64,000 nt of DNA, taken from Sedimentisphaerales bacterium. GTDB taxonomy: Bacteria; Planctomycetota; Phycisphaerae; Sedimentisphaerales; SM23-30. Numbering within the stretch: the first letter of the stretch is position 1; each line of letters begins with the position of its first letter. Below are positions 28,466 to 37,488 of the stretch, in pieces. The DNA lies in the NCBI GenBank assembly GCA_016934515.1, contig JAFGSR010000168.1, positions 31,875 to 95,874 of the forward strand, in the 5' to 3' direction. The notes under the pieces are model-generated. The model was not told the DNA's origin. It did not search any database and was given only the letters and a program-made list of their open reading frames with translations. The position numbers were made by a program, and so were the translations under genes.

Positions 28466-29652
28466 CAGCAAACCTCCGGATTGACAATTTCTTTCTGTAC
28501 TTCGCTCCAGTCAAAGCCAATCGTTCTGATGACGGCGGGAATCAACTCGTCCAGCGATTTGATCTTTTCTCCTTCGAGTAAAATTTCACTTTTATTTTCC
28601 ACAACCTGCAAAGCATGTCGATTATTAGGTGAGAACCAGAAACGCTGTTGTGGCTTTCCATAGCCGATTTCCATATCGTAAACATATTGGCTCAGTTGGG
28701 CGACACTCTGCTTGATAAGATCGCGTTCACCATGTTCGACCGGATTAGCAAAGGCGTTGGCGTAGCTAACGGGATTACCTTTCTTCTTGATTTCTATCAA
28801 GATACCATCAGGATGGTTATGAGCGGCATGGCTGTTCTGTTTGCCTGAAGGATTAGTCTTGGCAGCACCATACAAGAAAGCACCGACGGTGTGGGCGGCT
28901 AGTTGTTCATTACCGTCTAGGTTTCTAAGAAGTTGTTCCCAGTGAATGGCGAAATACTTGTAGAAGCATGCCGAGGCGTAGAGGGCCTCGCCGATATGGG
29001 CACCGCCTGCGTCTTCACCAGGAACATCATCGGCGGCAACGAAATAATCCACTTCCGGTCGCGCTTCATGGGTACTGATAGCATGAGCAACCTGCGCCGC
29101 AGCTTCGACGGTTAAATTCAATCCTTTCCAGACGCCTTTGCCGTTATCTCCGCCCTTAGGTTCGAGCATCCGGCCAAAAAGAGCCATGTCAGGAATATAA
29201 ACATGCTCGGCGATCTGATGGGCAAACTGAGTGGCGGTTTCCTTGTCGGACTTATTCTCTTTAAATAGTTGCTTCATTTTATCAATCGCCTTATTGCTGA
29301 CATACACGATCCCGGCGCTCTTGTCATCATCGGCGGCGATGTCCGCTTCGGCCTTCGCTTTTCTTTTTTTCGCTTTAGGAGCAATGCCGCAAAGCTCAAG
29401 TACTTTCATCGCCCGCTTGAAATCTTCACTGTCGCCGTTTGCACCGGCAATTACCTGTGCCAGCCGCCGCGTTCGCAATCCGCCAAGCAAAGGTTTGAAT
29501 TCCTTGCTAATGCGGATGCTACGCTTAATACATTGGCTGGAGATGCGAGAGCGCAACACGCCTCCGAAATAGCAGGTCTTTGGGGCCCCCAGATCGTCCC
29601 GGTTAAGATTGGCCGGGCTGTGATTTTGAACCATGTGCATTTCAATTAACAT
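28465..29652 (-). CDS. cas7: Type I-E Cas7 (CasC/Cse4)
   Basis: NLNRDDLGAPK, RISSQCIKR, DMALFGRM, QVAHAISTH, PSGKQNSHA. Confidence 0.96.
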   Translation of the reverse strand: MLIEMHMVQNHSPANLNRDDLGAPKTCYFGGVLRSRISSQCIKRSIRISKEFKPLLGGLRTRRLAQVIAGANGDSEDFKRAMKVLELCGIAPKAKKRKAKAEADIAADDDKSAGIVYVSNKAIDKMKQLFKENKSDKETATQFAHQIAEHVYIPDMALFGRMLEPKGGDNGKGVWKGLNLTVEAAAQVAHAISTHEARPEVDYFVAADDVPGEDAGGAHIGEALYASACFYKYFAIHWEQLLRNLDGNEQLAAHTVGAFLYGAAKTNPSGKQNSHAAHNHPDGILIEIKKKGNPVSYANAFANPVEHGERDLIKQSVAQLSQYVYDMEIGYGKPQQRFWFSPNNRHALQVVENKSEILLEGEKIKSLDELIPAVIRTIGFDWSEVQKEIVNPEVC

Positions 29653-30146
29653 CAGAGTCTCCTTTCAAGGTATTGTAAATATTGTTCGGCCCATTGACGC
29701 CGTTTGTTTGGACGTCGCCAGATGGAAATATCATCAGTCAATCTTACCCAGTCGAGCTTGAGTTCACTGGATGCAATAGTATCCAGAGCCCATTGCAGCA
29801 CCGGTTCGATGCGGTCAAATGGCAGCATAAGCAATTCGTCGAATTTACGTCGGCGGCGATTCGCTTCCCTGTTATCCTTCACTCGACAGCGGGCGAGTTG
29901 CCCCGCCAACAGTGCCCCGGCATCATGCTCAATGGGACAATAAGCGTAAAGTTTGGCGATCAGCCAGGCTGCTCCACGCCAGGGCGTTTTGGGATCTTTC
30001 TGTCTCAGCGGCCACCATAGGCCCGCAAAGAGATCGAAGGCATCCACCGACTCATCCAGACTTCGACCTGAATGGCTGCGCAGCAAACTCAGATCGCCGT
30101 TTTGTAAACTACTCAAGACTTGGATATATCTCTCGGTTGCGATCAT
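29652..30146 (-). CDS. cas11: Type I-E Cas11 (CasB/Cse2)
   Basis: Helical 164 aa; LDWVRLTDDISIW..RRQWAEQY; between cas8e and cas7. Confidence 0.88.
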   Translation of the reverse strand: MIATERYIQVLSSLQNGDLSLLRSHSGRSLDESVDAFDLFAGLWWPLRQKDPKTPWRGAAWLIAKLYAYCPIEHDAGALLAGQLARCRVKDNREANRRRRKFDELLMLPFDRIEPVLQWALDTIASSELKLDWVRLTDDISIWRRPNKRRQWAEQYLQYLERRL

Positions 30147-31570
30147 GCATCGGCTCCTTTCTTGCGACCAGCGCGGTCCGTTGCGATTATTTTGGGTTTC
30201 ATATTGGGCTTGACGGCAGCAATCTCACGACGCCTCTGTACTTCAACGGTTGTATAGCCGGGTGCGAGCGATTGTGCGACAACGGACATCATGGGGCTAT
30301 AATCCCCGGCAACCTGCTCCCATGCCTCCGGCTCACCAGTCAATAATGCGTGTATCTTGTCAAAAACCTGCGTCTCGATATGAGGTCTAACTGAATCAAT
30401 CATTGGACGAATCTCTGCATGTTTGCGTGATGATTTCTTAGGTTTACAACGGCTTATAAGCTTGCTGTTTTCTTTGCTCCAATAATCAATCTTCTCAATA
30501 GCCTTTTGAGGATTGAAAGAATCCGTATTCACATTAAAAGATACTTCGCATTTTTTTGCTTCGATGTATTTATCATTTTGGACAGTAGCAAAACTAACAG
30601 CAATAAACCTATGAGGACTAATCGCATTCTTTTGTATAAGTGCTCCTATCACTAACTTAGTCCATCGCCCAGAAGCTGCATCATAAGCTTTTAATGAATC
30701 GTTTGGCTTTAGAACGTTTTTGTTGTCATAAATAACATGTGGATCGTCCCAGTTCCTTCTCTCATCAACAGACTCTGCTTTTGTACTGCCGATGCCAGCA
30801 AATACCGATTGCTTTATGAGTTTTGCTTTGACTCCACAGGCAATGCAGTTTTCCTCGTCTGTTTTGGGAGTATCCAGCCATACTCTCCTAGGCAGCCATG
30901 TAAGCCCAGTCAGCAATGCCACCTTCCCTTTTGCTGGAAGCTGAATATCAGGTTTTACCCAGGCAGGTTCCCCAAAATCATTTTGTTTTTGATCTTGCCA
31001 TGAAAGCAACAATGACTCAAAAAGGCAAGAACCCAAAGGAATAATATAGATTGGTGGTTTTGAATTGATGCCCGGTGGTTTACCCCTCCCGCCAGATGTA
31101 GCAAATGATGGTAAGCGTAATAAACCTTTAGCGCAACAAGCAGGACACAAACCATTATCTTTATCCTTAGAATGGCAAAAATGATACCAATTTGAACCTG
31201 TAGGTATTTCCTGCATCAGATAATTAGCGGTAAGCTTATCAGGTTCCCCGGTTTTAGCTTGATATTGATAGAACCGCTTTCCATCGCCGAACAGGTTAAA
31301 ACAATCACGGTTCTCATCGAGTTTGGTGAACCAATCATCTGGAAACGACTTCTCGGCGTAGGCGGATACATAGTCAGGTGGATTACCCTTGCACCAATAC
31401 AATAGCGCCAGTAGAAATCGGAAAATCGCCACACGGTCCATCGGATTACTGGCCGCGATTTGGCGAATCCTGTGGGCATCAGTCAATGCTTGAAAAATTC
31501 CAACTCGGTCATATTTGCCATTACGATAAAGAACCGGTATCCATTTCTCATCTAGTAAATTATAGTTCAT
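30143..31570 (-). CDS. cas8e: Type I-E Cas8e (CasA/Cse1)
   Basis: YNLLDEKWIPV, RFLLALLY, FNLFGDGKRFYQ, WLPRRVWL, DPHV. Confidence 0.92.
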   Translation of the reverse strand: MNYNLLDEKWIPVLYRNGKYDRVGIFQALTDAHRIRQIAASNPMDRVAIFRFLLALLYWCKGNPPDYVSAYAEKSFPDDWFTKLDENRDCFNLFGDGKRFYQYQAKTGEPDKLTANYLMQEIPTGSNWYHFCHSKDKDNGLCPACCAKGLLRLPSFATSGGRGKPPGINSKPPIYIIPLGSCLFESLLLSWQDQKQNDFGEPAWVKPDIQLPAKGKVALLTGLTWLPRRVWLDTPKTDEENCIACGVKAKLIKQSVFAGIGSTKAESVDERRNWDDPHVIYDNKNVLKPNDSLKAYDAASGRWTKLVIGALIQKNAISPHRFIAVSFATVQNDKYIEAKKCEVSFNVNTDSFNPQKAIEKIDYWSKENSKLISRCKPKKSSRKHAEIRPMIDSVRPHIETQVFDKIHALLTGEPEAWEQVAGDYSPMMSVVAQSLAPGYTTVEVQRRREIAAVKPNMKPKIIATDRAGRKKGADA

Positions 31571-31703
31571 AGAATTCTCCCTGATAGTGTTTTGTAACTT
31601 GGTATTGGGGGCATCTTTTATCGAGCAGCCACCCTTCCGGGTCCGAATGGGCGTAGAATACTTGTTTTGGTTTATCTGGACCTGCTGTTGCTGTTATTTC
31701 CAT
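31560..31703 (-). pseudogene. 47-aa ORF, putative 5' remnant of a Cas3 HD gene
   Basis: MEITATAGPDKPKQVFYAHSDPEGW...; GAGGT RBS; occupies the cas3 slot and overlaps cas8e start. Confidence 0.5.
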
Positions 31704-31735
31704 ATGTACCTCGTTTAAATGTCATATAGAAATCC

Positions 31736-31770
31736 ATTATAGGGCTTCGGAAGGAGATAATCTTCTCCCG
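31736..31770 (-). promoter_or_regulatory. Candidate cas operon promoter with overlapping inverted repeat
   Basis: TATAAT on minus strand at 31736-31741; imperfect palindrome CGGAAGGAGA-TAA-TCTTCTCCCG at 31748-31770. Confidence 0.45.
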
Positions 31771-31905
31771 TTAAGAATTCACGGCCAAAGCCAGCATTTG
31801 TTGCCACAATGTAATCCGCCTGAGCGAAAAAAGCAACGGTTTTTGTGGATAATATCGGTAACTCTTTGTGGCGTATGGCGTTGAAGAGCGGTATTCAGGG
31901 TGAGG

Positions 31906-31970
31906 GTTACCAGGCTGCCGGGCTGGGGGCATTGCAGGAAAACTACGCATCCGTCTGGGGGGTGGATTAG
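31906..31970 (+). repeat. 65-bp direct repeat, right copy
   Basis: GTTACCAGGCTGCC...GGGCATTGC.GGAAA.CTACGCATCCGTC.GGGGG..ATTAG shared with 24195-24258. Confidence 0.85.
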
Positions 31971-32372
31971 GGGTCGTCTTGCCATTATTGGGCAGGTGCG
32001 GGTGCGAAGAGTTCGGGCGGGTGGGAGGGGATTGGAGACAGAAAACAGTTGATTTTATGAATTTAGCCACCTAACAAGCACATCGTATTCGCTATAACCT
32101 ATTATGTTGTAGGGAGATACAAAAACGTACCATAATTCTATTCTTTGAATCATATAAATTTGTGAATTTTCACTTTTTTTTAATCAACAATTTGGCTTTT
32201 GAAACGCCTATTAAAAATTAGCACCTGTGGTCTGTTTTTAAACTGAAGAAGGGACAGATAAAACTCAATAAAACCGACAATATTATCCTTGCATTACCGT
32301 TTAATGTCTGTTAAAATAAACAATAATCACTTTTTCACGGACGAAAACAACACTTTTTGCAGGAGAAAAACC

Positions 32373-32981
32373 ATGTTCCACAAAGCAAAACTTTTTACCA
32401 TAGCTTTAACCGGATTTGTGGTATTTTTTGCAAATTGTACCAAAGCCGATGTACTAACTTTTGATGATATAGGAACCACACCAATTGATGCTGAACCTAT
32501 CCCAGATGGATATGGAGGATTCGATTGGTATACTATTTTGTATCTCGACCCATCCATTGTAACCGTAGATTCAGGTTATGCTAATGGCATAGTATCGGGA
32601 GATTATGTGGCACTTGTAAGTAATTATTCTCATGAAGGTATAGGATGGCTTACCGGTAACCCATTCACATTCAATGGCGCTTACTTTACATCGGTTTGGC
32701 GAGACGACCTTAATATCCAGGTTGACGGTTATCTCGATAACAGCCTCATCTACACGACTACTGTAACAATTGACACGATCGATCCAGTGTGGTTCCAGTT
32801 CGAATATGAAAATATCGATGAACTAAAATTTTCTGCTTCCGGTGGTACAGTTCACGATGGCTATATATGGGACAATACCCAGTTTGTGATTGATAACTTC
32901 TCATACATCCCGGAACCATCAACAATTTTACTGTTTACTTTCGGGGGGCTTCTGTTGAAAAGAATCCACAAGCAACTTTAA
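32373..32981 (+). CDS. PEP-CTERM sorting-domain protein
   Basis: Signal peptide; LTFDD..IPDGYGGFDW; C-terminal IPEPSTILLFTFGGLLLKR; AGGAG RBS. Confidence 0.9.
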   Translation: MFHKAKLFTIALTGFVVFFANCTKADVLTFDDIGTTPIDAEPIPDGYGGFDWYTILYLDPSIVTVDSGYANGIVSGDYVALVSNYSHEGIGWLTGNPFTFNGAYFTSVWRDDLNIQVDGYLDNSLIYTTTVTIDTIDPVWFQFEYENIDELKFSASGGTVHDGYIWDNTQFVIDNFSYIPEPSTILLFTFGGLLLKRIHKQL

Positions 32982-33020
32982 TCTAATCAATTCACTAATT
33001 TTTTTTCAGGAGGAACAAGA

Positions 33021-36000
33021 ATGTTCAACACAAACTCTATCAACACAAAAAAATTATCGGTCGTTTTCTTAGCAATAATTCTTTTGTCAATATTAACAAC
33101 AACCGCAAACGCAAAATCTATTTACGCTATTACAGATCATGGTTATAGAAATGTGCCACCGTTTAGTGCTCCCGCCAAGATTACCGCATACAATATTGAT
33201 AGTGACAAAATAGACTTCCAGAATATTTATACGCTTAACCAGAGTGATTACCCAACAGGAATGTTTCGCGGGCCTGTAGGTTTGGCAATTGATTTAGATT
33301 CGGGATATATATTTTGTACCCACGAAAACTATCCGGACCCTGAAAAGGTGGAAGGCTTGAGAGGCATTCAATTAATCAATGGAAAATCGCTTACCGACGA
33401 AGGTGTATTGGAAATCCCCGGCACTCCCGACTTATCCGGTGTTGTTTATGACCATAAACGCCAAAAAGTATATTCTGTTGAGCGGGGCTCGGGGGAATTA
33501 TATGTTTTGGATTGGGATGCTCAGGAAGCATCACTTACCCTGCAAGGGAGCGGGCCGGTAATATTAAAGGATTCTCTTGACGTTGAAATTAGCGGTGGAG
33601 GTCTGGCATTGGATGAAACCGATGATATTTTATATGTAACTCAATTGTCAAGCGGAGGTCATTCGGGCGCATCTAACATAGTCTATTGTTACGACCCAAA
33701 CGATTGGACCTATATAGATAGTATCGAAATCTACAACCTTGGATCGACAGAACTTAATGCAGTAGGAGTTGCGGTATATAACGATGGCGTGGAAACAAAT
33801 TACCTTTACACCGGCGCCTGGGGCTTTAGTGGCAGTCATAATTACCTGGTAAGAACCGATTTGAATCTATACGAGGCTGATTCTGAAGAGCCTAACAGTT
33901 TCCGGTTTGCCAAGGACATCGGCACAAATGTTGCCGGAATAGCCGTGGACCCCAATACCGGCCTGGTTTACGTGACCACCTCTGACAATCAGGTAGCGGT
34001 CTTTGATACCTCTAACTGGACATCCGACCCTAACCAAACCATCGAGCCCAACGATTCCGAAACCTACATGGTTCACGGACCGGCTGGCATTGCTGTGGGG
34101 TCCCAGTACAAACCGCGGTGGTTGCATATTGAAAAAACCGATAATATAGATACGGAAGAATGTATCTCGCCCGAAGCGGCTGACCCAAACATTACTTATA
34201 CTATCGTTTTCAGGCCGTTAGGTTACGATGCCAACGATGTTTTGATTACGGATTATCTGCCCTGGGGTGTGGATTTTTACTCAGCTAATCCGGATAGTGG
34301 TACTTGGGATCCTGAAACCCGCACCTACACCTGGTATCGTTCTGCTATCGACGCGAACGACCCGAACGAAGAACTTGAGTTAGTAGTACAGGTGAATACC
34401 CTGGCCATGCCGGGCGGGACGATAACCAACGAAGTGGAAATAGAAAGCCAGAATTATTTCAACTGGACTACCGAAGATACCGACATCTGCTGTTGGGGCG
34501 GCAATATCATTTACGTCGATGCCAGTCTCGGCGACTTCGGTCTCAACAACGGCACCTCATGGAGCCTTGCCTATACCAGCATTCAGGATGCTATGGACCG
34601 AGCAAGTGGCGGCTGTTACGATACCTGGCAAATATGGGTCGCCCAGGGCACCTATACACCGGACACAGACGATGACACGTTCGAGTTGGAGCCAAACCTC
34701 GCCCTCTACGGCGGTTTTCCTTCAGGCGGCGGCACCTGGGGCAGCCGCAAGCCGGGTATCTACGAAACCATACTCTCCGGCCAGGTAAGCCAAGATGAAA
34801 AATGCAGCGCTGTCGTAACCGCCGACGGCGTAAACTCAACCGCGGTAATTGACGGCTTTGTAATTCAGGACGGCTCGGACTACGGCATCTCCTGCACCAA
34901 CACCGCCTACCCGATTATCGCCAACTGTCGGGTGCAGGCCAACGGTAATTACACAGCGTACGACGCCGGAATTTATTGCAACAATTCCGAGCCAAACATC
35001 GTCAACTGTATCGTTAAACATAATCGCTCGCACGGCATCTATTTTTATAATAATTCCGATGTGTCGATAACGAACTGCGTGGTTGAATCAAATAGTAATA
35101 ACGGCATCTACTGTAACGATGACTCCAACCCGATAATCACCAATTGCACCATTGAATATAACAGCGGCACCGGTATATATTGCGACGACTCCGACCCGAA
35201 TATAATCAATTGCCTCATCAACGGCAATAACGAAGACGGCGTTTATTGTGGAAATGATTCCGACCTCTTAATCATCGGCTCCATTATCGAAAACAACGGC
35301 GATAACGGCATCGAGTGTTCCCATTACTCGGCTTCGATAGACGTCTCCACCAGCAAAATTCGCGATAACGATGCTCATGGCATCTATTGTCTTTCTTCAT
35401 CCGCAGCCATCATCAAAAACAACTGGATAAATCACAACAAATCCGATGGCCTGCGACTATACAGCACCTCTCCCTCAACCGTTCGCAACAATACCATTGT
35501 TTATAATGAAAATTATGGCATCTACCAAACCGCCGGTACCGCCAACATCAGCAACTGTATCCTCTGGGGCAACAACACACAATTAGGCGGCAATTGCACC
35601 GCAACCTACAGTTGCATAGAAAACGGCAACGACGAAAACGGCAATATCAACCAAGACCCGAACTTTGCCTACAAGAACCCCGAATCCTTTAACTTCCATC
35701 TCAGTCCCGTTTCACCCTGCATCGACAAGGGAAATTCAACCGACATTTCCGACGAAACCGACATCGACGGCGACTATCGTGTGTTGGATGACGATGTCGA
35801 TATGGGTGCCGACGAATTCGCCTGCTACGACGTATTCAACCAGGCTGATTTCAATGCCGACGGCGTCGTAAATCTGATCGACTATTCCTACTTAGCTGGC
35901 GTCTGGATGGACGTCAGCAACGAACCCAATTGGGTCCCCGATTATGACTTGGTCGCCGACAACCAGATAGACCTGCTCGATCTGAACGCTTTCGACAACA

Positions 36001-36425
36001 ACTACCTCTGGTTCGCCTGCTGGAATGATGCTGAATTACCTGGTGCTATGAAAAGCACCATGGGCATGGACGGTGATTCTTCCAACAATCGTTCTTCAGC
36101 TTTACTTTCCCAATCCCTTTCACTCTCCGCTTACCAACCTAAAGAATTACAAATTGAAGTTACCAAAGAACTTCTGAACGATGGCACCAAGATAGAGCTT
36201 TTCTTCTACGCAAACGAACCTCTCGCCAAAATAACCACCGATCCCCAGGGCAACATAACCGGCTTCGTCGGCTATCTGGACAATGGCTATCGGGTGGAAC
36301 TCATCAGCACCTATGACAATCAAGGCAACGAAACCAGTGCTATCTACACCCACTACGATGCCGACAATAATATTATCCTGACAGAAAAAATGGAAGATGA
36401 ACTGCTGCTTCAAAAGGAGGAATAA
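33021..36425 (+). CDS. Secreted multidomain protein (beta-propeller, DUF11-like, right-handed beta-helix, dockerin-like)
   Basis: Signal peptide; GLAID/GIAVD blades; ITDYLPWGV; NCIIxxNxxxGIYC repeats; SPCIDKG; ADFNADGVVNLIDY. Confidence 0.85.
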   Translation: MFNTNSINTKKLSVVFLAIILLSILTTTANAKSIYAITDHGYRNVPPFSAPAKITAYNIDSDKIDFQNIYTLNQSDYPTGMFRGPVGLAIDLDSGYIFCTHENYPDPEKVEGLRGIQLINGKSLTDEGVLEIPGTPDLSGVVYDHKRQKVYSVERGSGELYVLDWDAQEASLTLQGSGPVILKDSLDVEISGGGLALDETDDILYVTQLSSGGHSGASNIVYCYDPNDWTYIDSIEIYNLGSTELNAVGVAVYNDGVETNYLYTGAWGFSGSHNYLVRTDLNLYEADSEEPNSFRFAKDIGTNVAGIAVDPNTGLVYVTTSDNQVAVFDTSNWTSDPNQTIEPNDSETYMVHGPAGIAVGSQYKPRWLHIEKTDNIDTEECISPEAADPNITYTIVFRPLGYDANDVLITDYLPWGVDFYSANPDSGTWDPETRTYTWYRSAIDANDPNEELELVVQVNTLAMPGGTITNEVEIESQNYFNWTTEDTDICCWGGNIIYVDASLGDFGLNNGTSWSLAYTSIQDAMDRASGGCYDTWQIWVAQGTYTPDTDDDTFELEPNLALYGGFPSGGGTWGSRKPGIYETILSGQVSQDEKCSAVVTADGVNSTAVIDGFVIQDGSDYGISCTNTAYPIIANCRVQANGNYTAYDAGIYCNNSEPNIVNCIVKHNRSHGIYFYNNSDVSITNCVVESNSNNGIYCNDDSNPIITNCTIEYNSGTGIYCDDSDPNIINCLINGNNEDGVYCGNDSDLLIIGSIIENNGDNGIECSHYSASIDVSTSKIRDNDAHGIYCLSSSAAIIKNNWINHNKSDGLRLYSTSPSTVRNNTIVYNENYGIYQTAGTANISNCILWGNNTQLGGNCTATYSCIENGNDENGNINQDPNFAYKNPESFNFHLSPVSPCIDKGNSTDISDETDIDGDYRVLDDDVDMGADEFACYDVFNQADFNADGVVNLIDYSYLAGVWMDVSNEPNWVPDYDLVADNQIDLLDLNAFDNNYLWFACWNDAELPGAMKSTMGMDGDSSNNRSSALLSQSLSLSAYQPKELQIEVTKELLNDGTKIELFFYANEPLAKITTDPQGNITGFVGYLDNGYRVELISTYDNQGNETSAIYTHYDADNNIILTEKMEDELLLQKEE

Positions 36426-36439
36426 TCAGTGCCAGGTGT

Positions 36440-36480
36440 GTTATATCCCTGTTTTTCACCGCCAAAAACAGGAATATAAC
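36440..36480 (+). terminator. Long hairpin downstream of the 1134-aa gene
   Basis: GTTATATCCCTGTTTTT-N7-AAAAACAGGAATATAAC (17-bp arms, 1 mismatch). Confidence 0.55.
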
Positions 36481-36737
36481 CCTTTGTATTTGATGTGCTT
36501 ATAGTTCCAATAAACGTCACGGTGAACTATCCCCGAACCCTGCACCCTGTTCCTGCTGACCTTGGGCGGTATGGCTTTACGGAGGAGAAGTCGCCGATGC
36601 TAGGCACAATGGCAGTATTCAAGCGGCAAAAGTTAAAAAAAATCCACACCAGCTCCGTCTTTTTTTGGCAATTTAGGTAAGAGTACCTCAATCATGCTTA
36701 AAAAAATGCAGCGTTCTATTATTTTATAATTTTCAGC

Positions 36738-36765
36738 TTGATTGAAGCGTATTCTGTGCTACACT
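36738..36765 (+). promoter_or_regulatory. Sigma70-like promoter upstream of HTH gene, related to copies A/B
   Basis: TTGATT-N16-TACACT; CAGCTTGA as in copy A and TGTGCTA as in copies A and B. Confidence 0.5.
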
Positions 36766-36863
36766 AAAGAGTTATGAGTGAAAATATTAGAATATCTTCA
36801 TGTGAGCCTGGCTCGGACAGCGGCAATATACTGCCTGAACTCAATAATTAGGGAGCAGTTACC

Positions 36864-37097
36864 ATGTCAAGTATTGGGCAGAAAATCCGGCAGGCTGTTC
36901 TGAAGGAACTGGAACATCGGGGGTTGAGGCGAGTCCATTATGCCGAGATAGTCGAGGGCGTGGGCCAAGCCATGATATATCGCTGGCTGGACGGCGACAC
37001 TGACATGTCTTTAGACCGCATTGAAAAGTGCCTCAAGCCTCTGGGTATCACGCTCAAGATCGAGCCGAAACGACGGCGGAAACGGAGTAATAAGTGA
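36864..37097 (+). CDS. Small Xre/Cro-like HTH protein
   Basis: YAEIVEGVGQAMIYRWLDGDTDMSLDRIEKCLKPLGI; GGGAG RBS. Confidence 0.78.
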   Translation: MSSIGQKIRQAVLKELEHRGLRRVHYAEIVEGVGQAMIYRWLDGDTDMSLDRIEKCLKPLGITLKIEPKRRRKRSNK

Positions 37098-37196
37098 GAA
37101 AAAAGTAGAGCGCCATTTATGTCGGATAGAGTTCTGACAAATTTTATAAACTCTTAAATCTTAGTACTTTATAATTGGGTCTTACAATTAAAAAAA

Positions 37197-37351
37197 TGTA
37201 GGAAGTGATGTAGGAAATACCTGGAATTTAGCAAAACATTTATCGGAAAATATCGGGAAATATTTTGAAAATATTAAAATTGTAGGAAGCGATGTAGGAA
37301 GTGCCTAAAAAAGCCGTAAAACAAGTAACTCTAAGCAACAAAATGTAGGAA
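37197..37351 (+). repeat. Five TGTAGGAA direct repeats (putative integrase arm-type sites)
   Basis: At 37197, 37209, 37281, 37293, 37344; two pairs with 12-bp period, adjacent to the tRNA junction. Confidence 0.7.
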
Positions 37352-37426
37352 GTAAAGCAATTGGGCAGAATGACTTACGATTATAAAGGTAGGTGTAATA
37401 AAGGCTTAGAATTTTCTTATATGGTT

Positions 37427-37466
37427 TCCCGAACGCAGCGCTCTAGCCAAGCTGAGCTACTCCCCG
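37427..37466 (-). tRNA. 5' half of tRNA-Pro(CGG), truncated after the anticodon loop (prophage att junction)
   Basis: CGGGGAG TA GCTC AGCTTGGCTA GAGC G CTGCG TTCGGGA then unrelated AT-rich DNA; no 3' anticodon stem, T arm or acceptor. Confidence 0.85.
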
Positions 37467-37488
37467 TAGCATAATTCCAACAGAGATG

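Larger units (their letters stand above)
1..37433 (+). mobile_element. Prophage (siphovirus-like, lambda-type head module); left end outside window, right end at tRNA-Pro anticodon loop
   Basis: Co-oriented terminase-portal-capsid-tail-tape measure run on + strand; truncated tRNA and arm-like repeats at 37197-37466; housekeeping genes (rsmB, fmt) beyond. Confidence 0.88.

Noticed and set aside
23900-31970. Diversity-generating retroelement (hairpin after last tail gene plus a repeated segment)
   Set aside because: No reverse transcriptase in window; the repeat is outside the CDS and mismatches are not adenine-specific
36440-36480. Integron attC site
   Set aside because: GTT/AAC ends are in the wrong order for attC and no integron integrase is present; better read as a terminator hairpin
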